Source: Convolutriloba macropyga
Taxonomy: Eukaryota
Assembly: GCF_964194025.1 (NCBI RefSeq)
Contig: NC_134468.1
Location: 86,056,001 to 86,120,000 of the forward strand
Direction: 5' to 3'
Length of the DNA: 64,000 nt
Part shown: piece after piece, positions 25,616 to 38,392 of the stretch
How the letters are laid out: every line of letters begins with the position of its first letter
Position numbering within the stretch: position 1 is the stretch's first letter
Program-made: the position numbers and the translations under genes
Notes under the pieces: model-generated
What the model saw: the letters and a program-made list of their open reading frames with translations, nothing else
Database searches by the model: none
What the model was told of the DNA's origin: nothing

Positions 25616-28600
25616 GTGTTAGTCCTTTTGGTGTTTTTTTACATAGATTTTTTGCGTGAGATTTTTTGTCTGACCTATTTGACTTTTCGTCTTCAAAAAC
25701 GAGATAAACAGGTAGCGCCCAGCGGGCATTAAGTTCTCTTAGATGTCTTTAGCTCACTAGTCTCCAATTATGCGCGTAAGAGAAATTGTGTTGAGACTTA
25801 TTTTTATGATTTATTTTTATGACTTATTATTCTTCTCAAAACCAACTATTATGTATTGCAATCTTTCTGTGCCACTTCATTCCAAGATCAAACAGGAAAT
25901 TAGTGCATATGTTGAAATTTCTTAGTAATTTTGTTTTAATTTGATTACTGAGGTATACACTAAGCCGATGGCTAATAAAGTCAATATCATTTTCAACCGT
26001 TTCAATATATATTAATTATGTGACTTTCAAAGTTAAATCAATAATAAAATCACGATTTTAATGATTTTTTCCAAAACGTTAAAACAGATACAACACAAGA
26101 ACCACTTACGGGTTGAAAAAAATCCTATCTCCATTGAATAAAATAAAGTATGTGCAATAATTTTTTTTAAAATAAAGCTCTGGCAGAGAAAAATAAAGCT
26201 GTGACAGAGTGCTCTTTACAAGATTATCAGCAAAATAATCTCTTACTAACAATATCAACCATTTTATTACCATCACTGCTATCACTAACCATCTCATAGT
26301 TAAAACAATTGCATGACATATAACACCATCAACAGCAGCTTCAAATTCAGAACTAAGTTGTATTGGCTGTGGTCCTATATATTCACTTTGATATCTAGTC
26401 TCAGATATTTATAATCTACGATTACTTTCAATTGTTTTATTATTTATATATGGTTTATTATAAAGTAATCCATTATGATTTTGATTAAGATTCACTATCT
26501 CTTTAAACACCTCATTATAATTTAGTTCCATAATCTATATTCATCCTATCTTCGGGATAAAACTCACTGCCGATCTTACACTAACAGTCAGTAACTTCCA
26601 TTATTTTAAATAAACATGCATCTTTATCTTGTACCTTAACATTATTCTTCTCAAAACCAACTATTATGTTTTGCAATCTTTCTGTGCCACTTCATTCCAA
26701 GATCAAACAGGAAATTAGTGCATATGTTGAATTTTTTTAGTAATTTTATTTTAATTTGATTACTGAGGTATACACTAAGCCGATGGCTAATAAAGTCAAT
26801 ATCATTTTCAACCGTTTCAATATATATTAATTATGTGACTTTCAAAGTTAAATCAATAATAAAATCACGATTTTAATGATTTTTTTCCAAAACGTTAAAA
26901 CAGAAACAACACAAGAACCACTTGCGGGTTGAAAAAAAATCCTATCTCCATTGAATAAAATAAAGTATGTGCAATAATTTTTTTTAAAGTAAAGCTCTGG
27001 CAGAGAAAAATAAAGCTGTGACAGAGTGCTCTTTACAAGATTATCAGCAAAATAATCTCTTACTAACAATATCAACCATTTTATTACCATCACTGCTATC
27101 ACTAACCATCTCATAGTTAAAACAATTGCATGACATATAACACCATCAACAGCAGCTTTAAATTTAAAATTTAAGTTGTATTGGCTGTGGTCCTATATAT
27201 TCACTTTGATATCTAGTCTCAGATATTTATAATCTACGATTACTTTCAATTGTTTTATGATTTATATATGGTTTATTATAAAGTAATCCATTATGATTTT
27301 GATTAAGATTCACTATCTCTTTAAACACCTCATTATAATTTAGTTCCATAATCTATATTCATCCTATCTTCGGGATAAAACTCACTGCCGATCTTACACT
27401 AACAGTCAGTAACTTCCATTATTTTAAATAAACATGCATCTTTAACTTGTACCTTAACATTATTCTTCTCAAAACCAACTATTATGTTTTGCAATCTTTC
27501 TGTGCCACTTCATTCCAAGGTCAAACAGGAAATTAGTGCATATGTTGAATTTTTTTAGTAATTTTATTTTAATTTGATTACTGAGGTATACACTAAGCCG
27601 ATGGCTAATAAAGTCAATATCATTTTCAACCGTTTCAATATATATTAATTATGTGACTTTCAAAGTTAAATCAATAATAAAATCACGTTTTTAATGATTT
27701 TTTTCCAAAACGTTAAAACAGAAACAACACAAGAACCACTTACGGGTTGAAAAAAAATCCTATCTCCATTGAATAAAATAAAGTATGTGCAATATTTTTT
27801 TTTAAAATAAAGCTCTGGCAGAGAAAAATAAAGCTGTGACAGAGTGCTCTTTACAAGATTATCAGCAAAATAATCTCTTACTAACAATATCAACCATTTT
27901 ATTACCATCACTGCTATCACTAACCATCTCATAGTTAAAACAATTGCATGACATATAACACCATCAACAGCAGCTTTAAATTTAAAACTTAAGTTGTATT
28001 GGCTGTGGTCCTATATATTCACTTTGATATCTAGTCTCAGATATTTATAATCTACGATTACTTTCAATTGTTTTATGATTTATATATGGTTTATTATAAA
28101 GTATTCCATTATGATTTTGATTGAGATTCACTATCTCTTTAAACACCTCATTGTGAGTATTAGTTCCATAATCTATATTCATCCTATCTTCAGGATAAAA
28201 CTCACTGCCGATCTTACACTAACAGTCAGTAACTTCCATTATTTTAAATAATTATGCATCTTTAACTTGTACCTTAACATTTTCTCCTCAAAACCAACTA
28301 TTATGAATTGCAATCTTTCTGTGCCACTTCATTCCAAGATCAAACAGGAAATTAGTGCATATGTTGAATTTTTTTAGTAATTTTATTTTAATTTGATTAC
28401 TGAGGTATACACTAAGCCGATGGCTAATAAAGTCAATATCATTTTCAACCGTTTCAATATATATTAATTATGTGACTTTCAAAGTTAAATCAATAATAAA
28501 ATCACGTTTTTAATGATTTTTTTCCAAAACGTTAAAACAGAAACAACACAAGAACCACTTACGGGTTGAAAAAAAATCCTATCTCCATTGAATAAAATAA

Positions 28601-29610
28601 AGTATGTGCAATATTTTTTTTAAAATAAAGCTCTGGCAGAGAAAAATAAAGCTGTGACAGAGTGCTCTTTACAAGATTATCAGCAAAATAATCTCTTACT
28701 AACAATATCAACCATTTTATTACCATCACTGCTATCACTAACCATCTCATAGTTAAAACAATTGCATGACATATAACACCATCAACAGCAGCTTTAAATT
28801 TAAAACTTAAGTTGTATTGGCTGTGGTCCTATATATTCACTTTGATATCTAGTCTCAGATATTTATAATGTACGATTACTTTCAATTGTTTTATGATTTA
28901 TATATGGTTTATTATAAAGTATTCCATTATGATTTTGATTGAGATTCACTATCTCTTTAAACACCTCATTGTGAGTATTAGTTCCATAATCTATATTCAT
29001 CCTATCTTCAGGATAAAACTCACTGCCGATCTTACACTAACAGTCAGTAACTTCCATTATTTTAAATAATTATGCATCTTTAACTTGTACCTTAACATTT
29101 TCTCCTCAAAACCAACTATTATGTATTGCAATCTTTCTGTGCCACTTCATTCCAAGATCAAACAAGAAATTAGTGCATATATTGAATTTTTTTAGTAATT
29201 TTATTTTAATTTGATTACTGAGTTATACACTGAGCCGATGGCTAATAAAGTCAATATCATTTTCAACAGTTTTACCATTCACTCAGTTACGCAAATTTTT
29301 TATTTAACGACTCTTTTAACCCACTAGATATACCTCGGTTTTCAGTTGTTTTGATACTAATTTATTGTAATCTTAATACGTGTAGTTGGCTCTAGATTCT
29401 ATAGCCTATCCGAATACATAGAGGAGGATTAAAATCTGGAAAATTACGCCATACCCTATCTTAAATACGGGGTCCTCACCCCCTCCCCGTGCTGATCTCT
29501 CCACCTATATTCTACTGACGCAAAACAACGGCATTTGACAGATTATTAATGCTCCTCTTAGAGTATCTTAGAGGTTGTTATTTACTATTCTTAATTGATA
29601 GTCTATTCAG

Positions 29611-29813
29611 AGGCTCCTGTTACGTAGAATGTGGAAACACGATAGTAGTGGCTGCTGTGTATGGCCCTCGTGAGAACTTGAAGAGTGATGTGAATGTGAT
29701 GGAGGGAAAACTATCCTGTCAATTTGTGATTAGCCCTTTTGCAACTGTGCCAGGTGAACAGGCCACAACAGCAGGGGCTGTTAATGAAAGAGAGACGCAA
29801 AAACTTTGTGCAG
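29611..29813 (+). CDS. EXOSC6: EXOSC6 exon 2, copy 1 (open frame, K>I variant)
   Basis: TTCAG acceptor, 203 nt, GSCYVECGNTIVVAAVYGPRE..., GTAGAG donor. Confidence 0.55.
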
Positions 29814-31308
29814 GTAGAGAATAAATTTATCCCGGATTCGAAATCGTTTGAGGGCAAATCGCGGGAAGTTGGTAGGTTTTGTTTTTGAATATCAGATTTG
29901 GCGATCTTTTCCTTTAATTAGATTTATAATATGAAAAGTTGACCTCAAACTGTTTTTTTTCCATTTTTGCTGTTCTGCCTTGAATCACTCCTTTGGTCGC
30001 TGGCGTGATTAAAAAAACGTTCAACTTGTGCTTAAATATTTTGGTCTTAGAACTCTGGTCAAGTTTTCAAATAGCAGTAGTGGGTTATTTGTGCTATGCG
30101 ACCACGAAACGAAAGATGATTGCATAGCACATATTGCCCACTACTACCCTAATTTTGAAAAACTAAATACGAAATGTATACTAATTAAGTGACTTTCAAA
30201 GTTAAATCAATAATAAAACCACGATTCTAATGATTTTTTTCCATAACGTTAAAACAGAAACAACAGGAACACTTACGGTTTAAAAATCCTATCTCCATTG
30301 AATAAAATAAAGTATGTTTGCAAAATTTTTTTTGAAAAATAAAGCTGAGACAGAGCGCTCTTTACAAGATTATCAGCAAAGTCATTATCTCTTACTAACA
30401 ATATCAACCATTTTATTACCATTACTGCTAACACTGACCATCTCTTAGTTAAAACAAATGCATGACATATAACATCATCAACAGCAGCTTCAAATTCAGA
30501 ACTAAGTTGTATTGGCTGTGGTCCTATATAATCACTTTGATATCTAGTCTCAGATATTTATATTCTACGATTACTGTCAAATGTTTTATGATTTATATAT
30601 GGTTTATTATTGTAAAGTTATCCATCATAATTTTGATTAAAATTCATTATCTCTTTAAACACATTGTAATTATTAGTTCCATAATCTATATTCGTTCTAC
30701 CTTCGGGATAAAACTCACCGCCAGTCTTACACTAACAGTCAGTAACTTCCATTATTTTAAGTAAACATGCATCTTTAACTTGTACCTTAACATTCTTCTT
30801 CTCAAAACCAACTATTATGAATTGCAATCTTTCCGTGCCACTTTACTCCAAGGTCAAACAAGAAATTAGTGCATATATTGATTATTTTTAGTAATTTTAT
30901 GTAAATTTGATTACTGATGTATACACTAAGCCGATGGCTAATAAAGTCAAAATCATTTTCAACAGTTTTACCATTTACTCAGTTACGCAAATTTTTTATT
31001 TAACGACTCTTTTAACCCACTAGATATACCTCGGTTTTCAGTTGTTTTGATACTAATTTATTGTAATATCTTAATATTTGTAGGTGGCTCTAGATTCTGT
31101 AGCCTATCCGAATACATAGAGCAGGATTCAAATCTGGAAAATTACGCCATACCCTCTCTTAAATACGGGGTCCTCACCCCCTCCCCGTGCTGGTCTCTCC
31201 AACTATTTTTTACTGACGCAAAACAACGGCATTTGACAGATTTTTAATGCTCCTCTTAGAGTATCTAAGAGGTTGTTATTTACTATTCTTAATTGATAGT
31301 CTATTCAG

Positions 31309-31510
31309 AGGCTTCTGTTACGTAGAATGTGGAAACATGATTGTAGTGGCTGCTGTGTATGGCCTTCGTGAGAACTTGAAGAGGGATGTGAATGTGATGG
31401 AGGGAAACTATCCTGTTAATTTGTGATTAGATCTTTTGCAACTGTGCCAGGTGAACAGGCCACAACAGCAGGGGCTGTTAATGAAAGAGAGACGCAAAAA
31501 ATTTGTGCAG
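31309..31510 (+). pseudogene. EXOSC6: EXOSC6 exon 2, copy 2 (frameshifted pseudo-exon)
   Basis: 1-nt deletion (GGAAACTA vs GGAAAACTA) plus S>F and P>L changes. Confidence 0.85.
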
Positions 31511-33911
31511 GTAGAGAATAAATTTATCCAGGATTCGAAGTCGTTTGAGGGCAAATCGCGCGAAGTTGGTAGGTTTTGTTTTCGAATATCAGATTTGGCG
31601 ATCTATTCCTTTAATTAGATTTATAATATAAAAAGTTGACCTCAAACTGGTTTTTTCCATTTTTGCTGTTCTGCTTTGAATCACTCCTTTGGTCGCTGGC
31701 GTGATTAAAAAAACGTTTAACTTGTGCTTAAAGATTTTGGTCTTAGAACTCTGGTCAAAATTTTCAAATGGCAGTAGTGAGTTATTTGTGCTATGCGACC
31801 ACGAAACGAAAGATGATTGCATAGCACATATTGCCCACTACTACCCTAATTTTGAAAAACTAAATACGAAATGTAAACTAATTAAGTGACTTTCAAAGTT
31901 AAATCAATAATGAAATCACGATTCTAATGATTTTTCCATAACGTTAAAACAGAAAAAACAGGAACACTTACGGTTAAAAAATCCTATCTCCATTGAATAA
32001 AATAAAGTATGTTTGCAAAAAATTTATTTGAAAAATAATCAAAGCTGAGACAGAGCGCTCTTTACAAGATTATCAGCAAAGTCATTCTCTTACTAACAAT
32101 ATCAACCATTTTATTACCAGTACTGCTAACACTAACCATCTATTAGTTGAAACAAATGCATGACAAATAACATCATCAACAGCAGCTTCAAATTCAGAAC
32201 TAAGTTGTATTGGCTGTGGTCCTATATAATCACTTTGATATCTAGTCTCAGATATTTATAATCTACGATTACTTTCAATTGTTTTATGATTTATATATGG
32301 TTTATTATAAAGTAGTCCATTATGTTTTTGATTAAGATTCACTATCTCTTTAAACACCACATTATAATTATTAGTTCCATAATCTATATTCATCCTATCT
32401 TCGGGATAAAACTCACTGCCGATCTTACACTAACAGTCAGTAACTTCCATTATTTTAAATAAACATGCATCTTTAACTTGTACCTTAACATTGTTCTTCT
32501 CAAAACCAACTATTATGTATTGCAATCTTTCCGTGCCACTTGACTCCAAGGTGAAACAAGAAATTAGTGCATATATTGATTATTTTTAGTAATTTTATGT
32601 AAATTTGATTACTGAGGTATACACTAAGCCGATGGCTAATAAAGTCAATATCATTTTCAACAGTTGTACCAATTACTCAGTTACGCAAATTTTTTTTTAA
32701 CGACTCTTTTAACCCACTAGATATACCTCGGTTTTCAGTTGTTTTGATACTAATTTATTGTAATATATTGTATACTAATTAAGTGACTTTCAAAGTTAAA
32801 TCAATAATGAAATCACGATTCTAATGATTTTTTTCCATAACGTTAAAACAGAAAAAACAGGAACACTTACGGTTAAAAAATCCTATCTCCATTGAATAAA
32901 ATAAAGTATGTTTGCAAAAATTTTTTTGAAAAATAATCAAAGCTGAGACAGAGCGCTCTTTACAAGATTATCAGCAAAGTCATTCTCTTACTAACAATAT
33001 CAACCATTTTATTACCAGTACTGCTAACACTAACCATCTATTAGTTGAAACAAATGCATGACAAATAACATCATCAACAGCAGCTTCAAATTCAGAACTA
33101 AGTTGTATTGGCTGTGGTCCTATATAATCACTTTGATATCTAGTCTCAGATATTTATAATCTACGATTACTTTCAATTGTTTTATGATTTATATATGGTT
33201 TATTATAAAGTAATCCATTATGATTTTGATTAAGATTCACTATCTCTTTAAACACCATATTATAATTATTAGTTCCATAATCTATATTCATCCTATCTTC
33301 GGGATAAAACTCACTGCCGATCTTACACTAACAGTCAGTAACTTCCATTATTTTAAATAAACATGCATCTTTAACTTTTACCTTAACATTATTCTTCTCA
33401 AAACCAACTATTATGTATTGCAATCTTTCCGTGCCACTTGACTCCAAGGTGAAACAAGAAATTAGTGCATATATTGATTATTTTTAGTAATTTTATGTAA
33501 ATTTGATTACTGAGGTATACACTAAGCCGATGGCTAATAAAGTCAATATCATTTTCAACAGTTGTACCAATTACTCAGTTAGTTACGCAAATTTTTAGTT
33601 TAACGACTCTTTTAACCCACTAGATATACCTGGGTTTTCAGTTGTTTTGATACTAATTCATTGTAATATCTTAATACGTGTAGGTGGCTCTAGATTCTAT
33701 AGCCTATCCGAATACATAGAGGAGGATTAAAATCTGGAAAATTACGCCATACCCTATCTTAAATACATGAGAGTCCTCGCCCACTCCCCTTGCTGGTCTG
33801 TCCACCTATATACTACTGACGCAAAACAACGGAATTTGACAGATTATTAATACTCCTCTTAGAGTATCTTAGAGGTTGTTATTTACTATTCTTATTTGAT
33901 AGTCTATTCAG

Positions 33912-34114
33912 AGGCTCCTGTTACGTGGAATGTGGAAACACGAAAGTAGTGGCTGCTGTGTATGGCCCCCGTGAGAACTTGAAGAGTGATGTGAATGTGA
34001 TGGAGGGAAAACTATCCTGTCAATTTGTGATTAGCCCTTTTGCAACTGTGCCAGGTGAACAGGCCACAACAGCAGGGGCTGTTAATGAAAGAGAGACGCA
34101 AAAACTTTGTGCAG
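33912..34114 (+). CDS. EXOSC6: EXOSC6 exon 2, copy 3 (open frame)
   Basis: AG/GT bounded, 203 nt, GSCYVECGNTKVVAAVYGPRE...TAGAVNERETQKLCA. Confidence 0.6.
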
Positions 34115-35684
34115 GTAGAGAATAAATTTATCCAGGATTCGAAATCTCGTTTGAGGGCAAATCGCGCGAAGTTGGTAGGTTTTGTTTTTGAATATCAGAT
34201 TTGGCGATCTTCTCCTTTAATTAGATTTATAATATAAAAAGTTGACCTCAAACTGCTTTTTTCCATTTTTGCTGTTCTGCTTTGAATCACTCCTTTGGTC
34301 GCTGGCGTGATTAAAAAAAACGTTTAACTTGTGCTTAAATATTTTGGTCTTTGAACTTTGGTCAAAATTTTCAAATGGCAGTAGTGGGTTATTTGTGCTA
34401 TGCGACCACGAAACGAAAGATGATTGCATAGCACATATTGCCCAAATTTTGACAACCTAAATACGAAATGTATACTAATTAAGTGACTTTCAAAGTTAAA
34501 TCTACCCTACCATACTACCCTAATTTTGAAAAACTAAATACGAAATGTATACTAATTAAGTGACTTTCAAAGTTAAATCAATAATAAAATCACGATTCTA
34601 ATAATTTTTCCATAGCGTTAAAACAGAAACAGCAGGAACACTTACGGTTTAAAAATCCTATCTCCATTGAATAAAATAAAGTATGTTTGGAAAATTGTTT
34701 TTGAAAAATAAAGCTGAGACAGAGCGCTTTTTACAAGATTATCAGCAAAGTCATTATCTCTTACTAACAATATCAACCATTTTGTTACCAGTACTGCTAA
34801 CACTAACCATCTATTAGTTGAAACAAATGCATGACAAATAACATCATCAACAGCAGCTTCAAATTCAGAACTAAGTTGTATTGGCTGTGGTCCTATATAA
34901 TCACTTTGATATCTAGTCTCAGATATTTATAATCTACGATTACTTTCAATTGTTTTATGATTTATATATGGTTTATTATAAAGTAATCCATTATGATTTT
35001 GATTAAGATTCACTATCTCTTTAAACACCACATTATAATTATTAGTTCCATAATCTATATTCATCCTATCTTCGGGATAAAACTCACTGCCGATCTTACA
35101 CTAACAGTCAGTAACTTCCATTATTTTAAATAAACATGCATCTTTAACTTGTACCTTAACATTATTCTTCTCAAAACCAACTATTATGTATTGCAATCTT
35201 TCCGTGCAACTTTACTCCAAGGTCAAACAAGAAATTAGTGTATATATTGATTATTTTTAGTAATTTTATGTAAGTTTGATTACTGAGGTATACACTAAGC
35301 CGATGGCTAATAAAGTCAATATCATTTTCAACAGTTGTACCAATTACTCAGTTAGTTACGCAAATTTTTAGTTTAACGACTCTTTTAACCCACTAGATAT
35401 ACCTGGGTTTTCAGTTGTTTTGATACTAATTCATTGTAATATCTTAATACGTGTAGGTGGCTCTAGATTCTATAGCCTATCCGAATACATAGAGGAGGAT
35501 TAAAATCTGGAAAATTACGCCATACCCTATCTTAAATACATGAGAGTCCTCGCCCACTCCCCGTGCTGGTCTGTCCAACTATATACTACTGACGCAAAAC
35601 AACGGAATTTGACAGATTATTAATACTCCTCTTAGAGTATCTTAGAGGTTGTTATTTACTATTCTTATTTGATAGTCTCTTCAG

Positions 35685-35887
35685 AGGCTCCTGTTACGTG
35701 GAATGTGGAAACACGAAAGTAGTGGCTGCTGTGTATGGCCCCCGTGAGAACTTGAAGAGTGATGTGAATGTGATGGAGGGAAAACTATCCTGTCAATTTG
35801 TGATTAGCCCTTTTGCAACTGTGCCAGGTGAACAGGCCACAACAGTCGGGGCTGTTAATGAAAGAGAGACGCAAAAACTTTGTGCAG
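35685..35887 (+). CDS. EXOSC6: EXOSC6 exon 2, copy 4 (open frame, A>V variant)
   Basis: AG/GT bounded, 203 nt, ...TTVGAVNERETQKLCA. Confidence 0.55.
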
Positions 35888-37388
35888 GTAGAGAATAAAT
35901 TTATCCAGGATTCGAAATCGTTTGAGGGCAAATCGCGCGAAGTTGGTAGGTTTTGTTTTTGAATATCAGATTTGGCGATGTTCTCCTTTAATTAGATTTA
36001 TAATATAAAAAGTTGACCTCAAACTGTTTTTTCCATTTTTGCTGTTCTGCTTTGAATCACTCCTTTGGTCGCTGGCGTGATTAAAAAAACGTTTAACTTG
36101 TGCTTAAATATTTTGGTCTTAGAACTTTGGTCAAAATTTTCAAATGGCAGTAGTGGGTTATTTGTGCTATGCGACCACGAAACGAAAGATGATTGCATAG
36201 CACATATTGCCCACTACTACCCTAATTTTGAAAAACTAAATACGAAATGTATACTAATTAAGTGACTTTCAAAGTTAAATCAATAATAAAATCACGATTC
36301 TAATGATTTTTTTCCATAGCGTTAAAACAGAAACAACAGGAACACTTACGGTTTAAAAATCCTATCTCCATTGAATAAAATAAAGTATGTTTGCAAAATT
36401 TTTTTTGAAAAATAAAGCTGAGACAGAGCGCTTTTTACAAGATTATCAGCAAAGTCATTATCTCTTACTAACAATATCAACCATTTTATTACCATTACTG
36501 CTAACACTAACCATCTCTTAGTTAAAACAAATGCATGACATATAACATTATCAGCAGCAGCTTTAAATTCAGAACTAAGTTGTATTGGCTGTGGTCTTAT
36601 ATAATCACTTTGATATCTAGTCTCAGATATTTATATTCTACGATTACTATCAAATGTTTTATGATTTATATATGGTTTATTATTGTAAAGTTATCCATCA
36701 TAATTTTGATTAAAATTCACTATCTCTTTAAACACATTGTATTTATTAGTTCCATAATCTATATTCATCCTACCTTCGGGATAAAACTCACCGCCAATCT
36801 TACACTAACTGTCAGTAACTTCCATTATTTTAAGTAAACATGCATCTTTAACTTGTACCTTAACATTCTTCTTCTCAAAACCAACTATTATGTATTGCAA
36901 TCTTTCCGTGCCACTTTACTCCAAGGTCAAACAAGAAATTAGTGCATATATTGATTATTTTTAGTAATTTTATGTAAGTTTGATTACTGAGGTATACACT
37001 AAGCCGATGGCTAATAAAGTCAATATCATTTTCAACAGTTGTACCAATTACTCAGTTAGTTACGCAAATTTTTAGTTTAACGACTCTTTTAACCCACTAG
37101 ATATATCTGGGTTTTCAGTTGTTTTGATATTTATTTATTGTAATATCTTAATACGTGTAGGTGGCTCTAGATTCTATATCCTATCCGAATACATAGAGGA
37201 GGATTCAAGTCTGGAAAAATACGCCATAACCTATCTTAAATACATGAGAGTCCTCGCCCACTCCCCGTGCTGGTCTGTCCACCTATATACTACTGACGCA
37301 AAACAACGGAATTTGACAGATTATTAATACTCCTCTTAGAGTATATTAGAGGTTGTTATTTACTATTCTTATTTGATAGTCTATTCAG

Positions 37389-37591
37389 AGGCTCCTGTTA
37401 CGTGGAATGTGGAAACACGAAAGTAGTGGCTGCTGTGTATGGCCCCCGTGAGAACTTGAAGAGTGATGTGAATGTGATGGAGGGAAAACTATCCTGTCAA
37501 TTTGTGATTAGCCCTTTTGCAACTGTGCCAGGTGAACAGGCCACAACAGCAGGGGCTGCTGATGAAAGAGAGACACAAAAGCTGTGTGCAG
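37389..37591 (+). CDS. EXOSC6: EXOSC6 exon 2, copy 5 (probable primary copy, followed by unique intron sequence)
   Basis: AG/GT bounded, 203 nt, ...TAGAADERETQKLCA; phase 1 joins exon 3 (G|AT). Confidence 0.85.
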
Positions 37592-37992
37592 GTAGGGAAT
37601 CAGGTTTTCCATGATTTCCAAATTGTGGAACGTTCCCTGTAAAAATGATAGGTATTTTAACACGTTAAATTGTTCACACATGGTAAAGGAAATAAAAATC
37701 TCACGGGGGAAAGGATGGAAAGTTCAGTTCCAAATTCTCATACGATTTCATAATATGCGTTCTTAACGGTGTTTTTACTACGTTGCTTCCCGATGTTGTT
37801 TTTAACTTCAATCATGAGAACTAAATTTTGCAGATTTTTGGTGCCGTACATTTTCAAAGATTTTGGTTGATAATTTTGACAATTAGGAACCGAAGACCGA
37901 CTTTTTATGATGACTTTTTTTAATTTCCTTTAATTGATTACTTTTTTTCTCAGTACTGATAGAGGTGTGATTTTTTTGAAACGATGTTACAG

Positions 37993-38237
37993 ATTACGAG
38001 TCCTTTGTGGAGGAATGTTTCTGCTCAGTTGTAGATCGGACCAAGTTTCCCAAGTCTACTCTTGATCTGACTGTGCTGGTATTGGAGAATGATGGAGGCG
38101 TACTGGCCCAGTCTCTCACTGCCCTCTCCTGTGCAATAACAAATGCTGGAATTGAGATGCACGATCTCTTAATTGGAGTGAACTCTGCCGTTTTGACCAA
38201 GGATTGGACAAATGATGATAGTCAATCTGATGCAGAA
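37993..38237 (+). CDS. EXOSC6: EXOSC6 exon 3
   Basis: TTACAG acceptor; FPKSTLDLTVLVLENDGGVLAQSLTALSCAITNAGIEMHDL is the RNase PH core; GTTAGT donor at 38238. Confidence 0.93.
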
Positions 38238-38392
38238 GTTAGTTTTTCTTCATGTTATTAGTGAGCTGTATTGTCACAGGTTTGTTTACACCATCTAGAA
38301 AGGTTTTGAATATTTTTGAGAGGGCGATGACAGCCCTTTTTAATCATTTTTTTTTTTTGAGGTTACAGAAATGTAAGTGAATTCAACATTTT

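Larger units (their letters stand above)
26240..36946 (-). pseudogene. Nine ~480-bp copies of a decayed double-jelly-roll major capsid protein C-terminal fragment (Polinton/Maverick-like endogenous viral element)
   Basis: Manual minus-strand translation, consensus across copies: TNFLFDLG..GTERLQYIIVGFEK...KIGSEFYPEDRMNIDYGTNNYN..FKEIVNFN...KPYINHKTF...ETRYQSDYIGPQPIQL..EF.AAV..VICHAFVLT...VSVSSNGNKMVDIVS. Stops and frameshifts are shared between copies. Confidence 0.75.
25826..37591. repeat. Complex tandem array within EXOSC6: ~817-bp short units, one ~0.9-kb unit and ~1.7-kb long units containing exon 2
   Basis: Core block recurs at ~26240, 27057, 27875, 28692, 30388, 32086, 32985, 34758 and 36461; exon-2 copies at 29611, 31309, 33912, 35685 and 37389. 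Confidence 0.97.

Noticed and set aside
26106-36837. Repeated hydrophobic ORFs in the array (MRWLVIAV..., MTYNIINSS...) as small membrane proteins or a mitochondrial insertion
   Set aside because: They are off-frame or antisense readings of the decayed capsid-like frame. Their lengths vary with homopolymer indels and I see no mitochondrial gene motifs.
25826-37591. CRISPR-like repeat-spacer array
   Set aside because: Units are 0.8-1.8 kb near-identical blocks with no short repeats or unique spacers; the context is eukaryotic and there are no cas genes.
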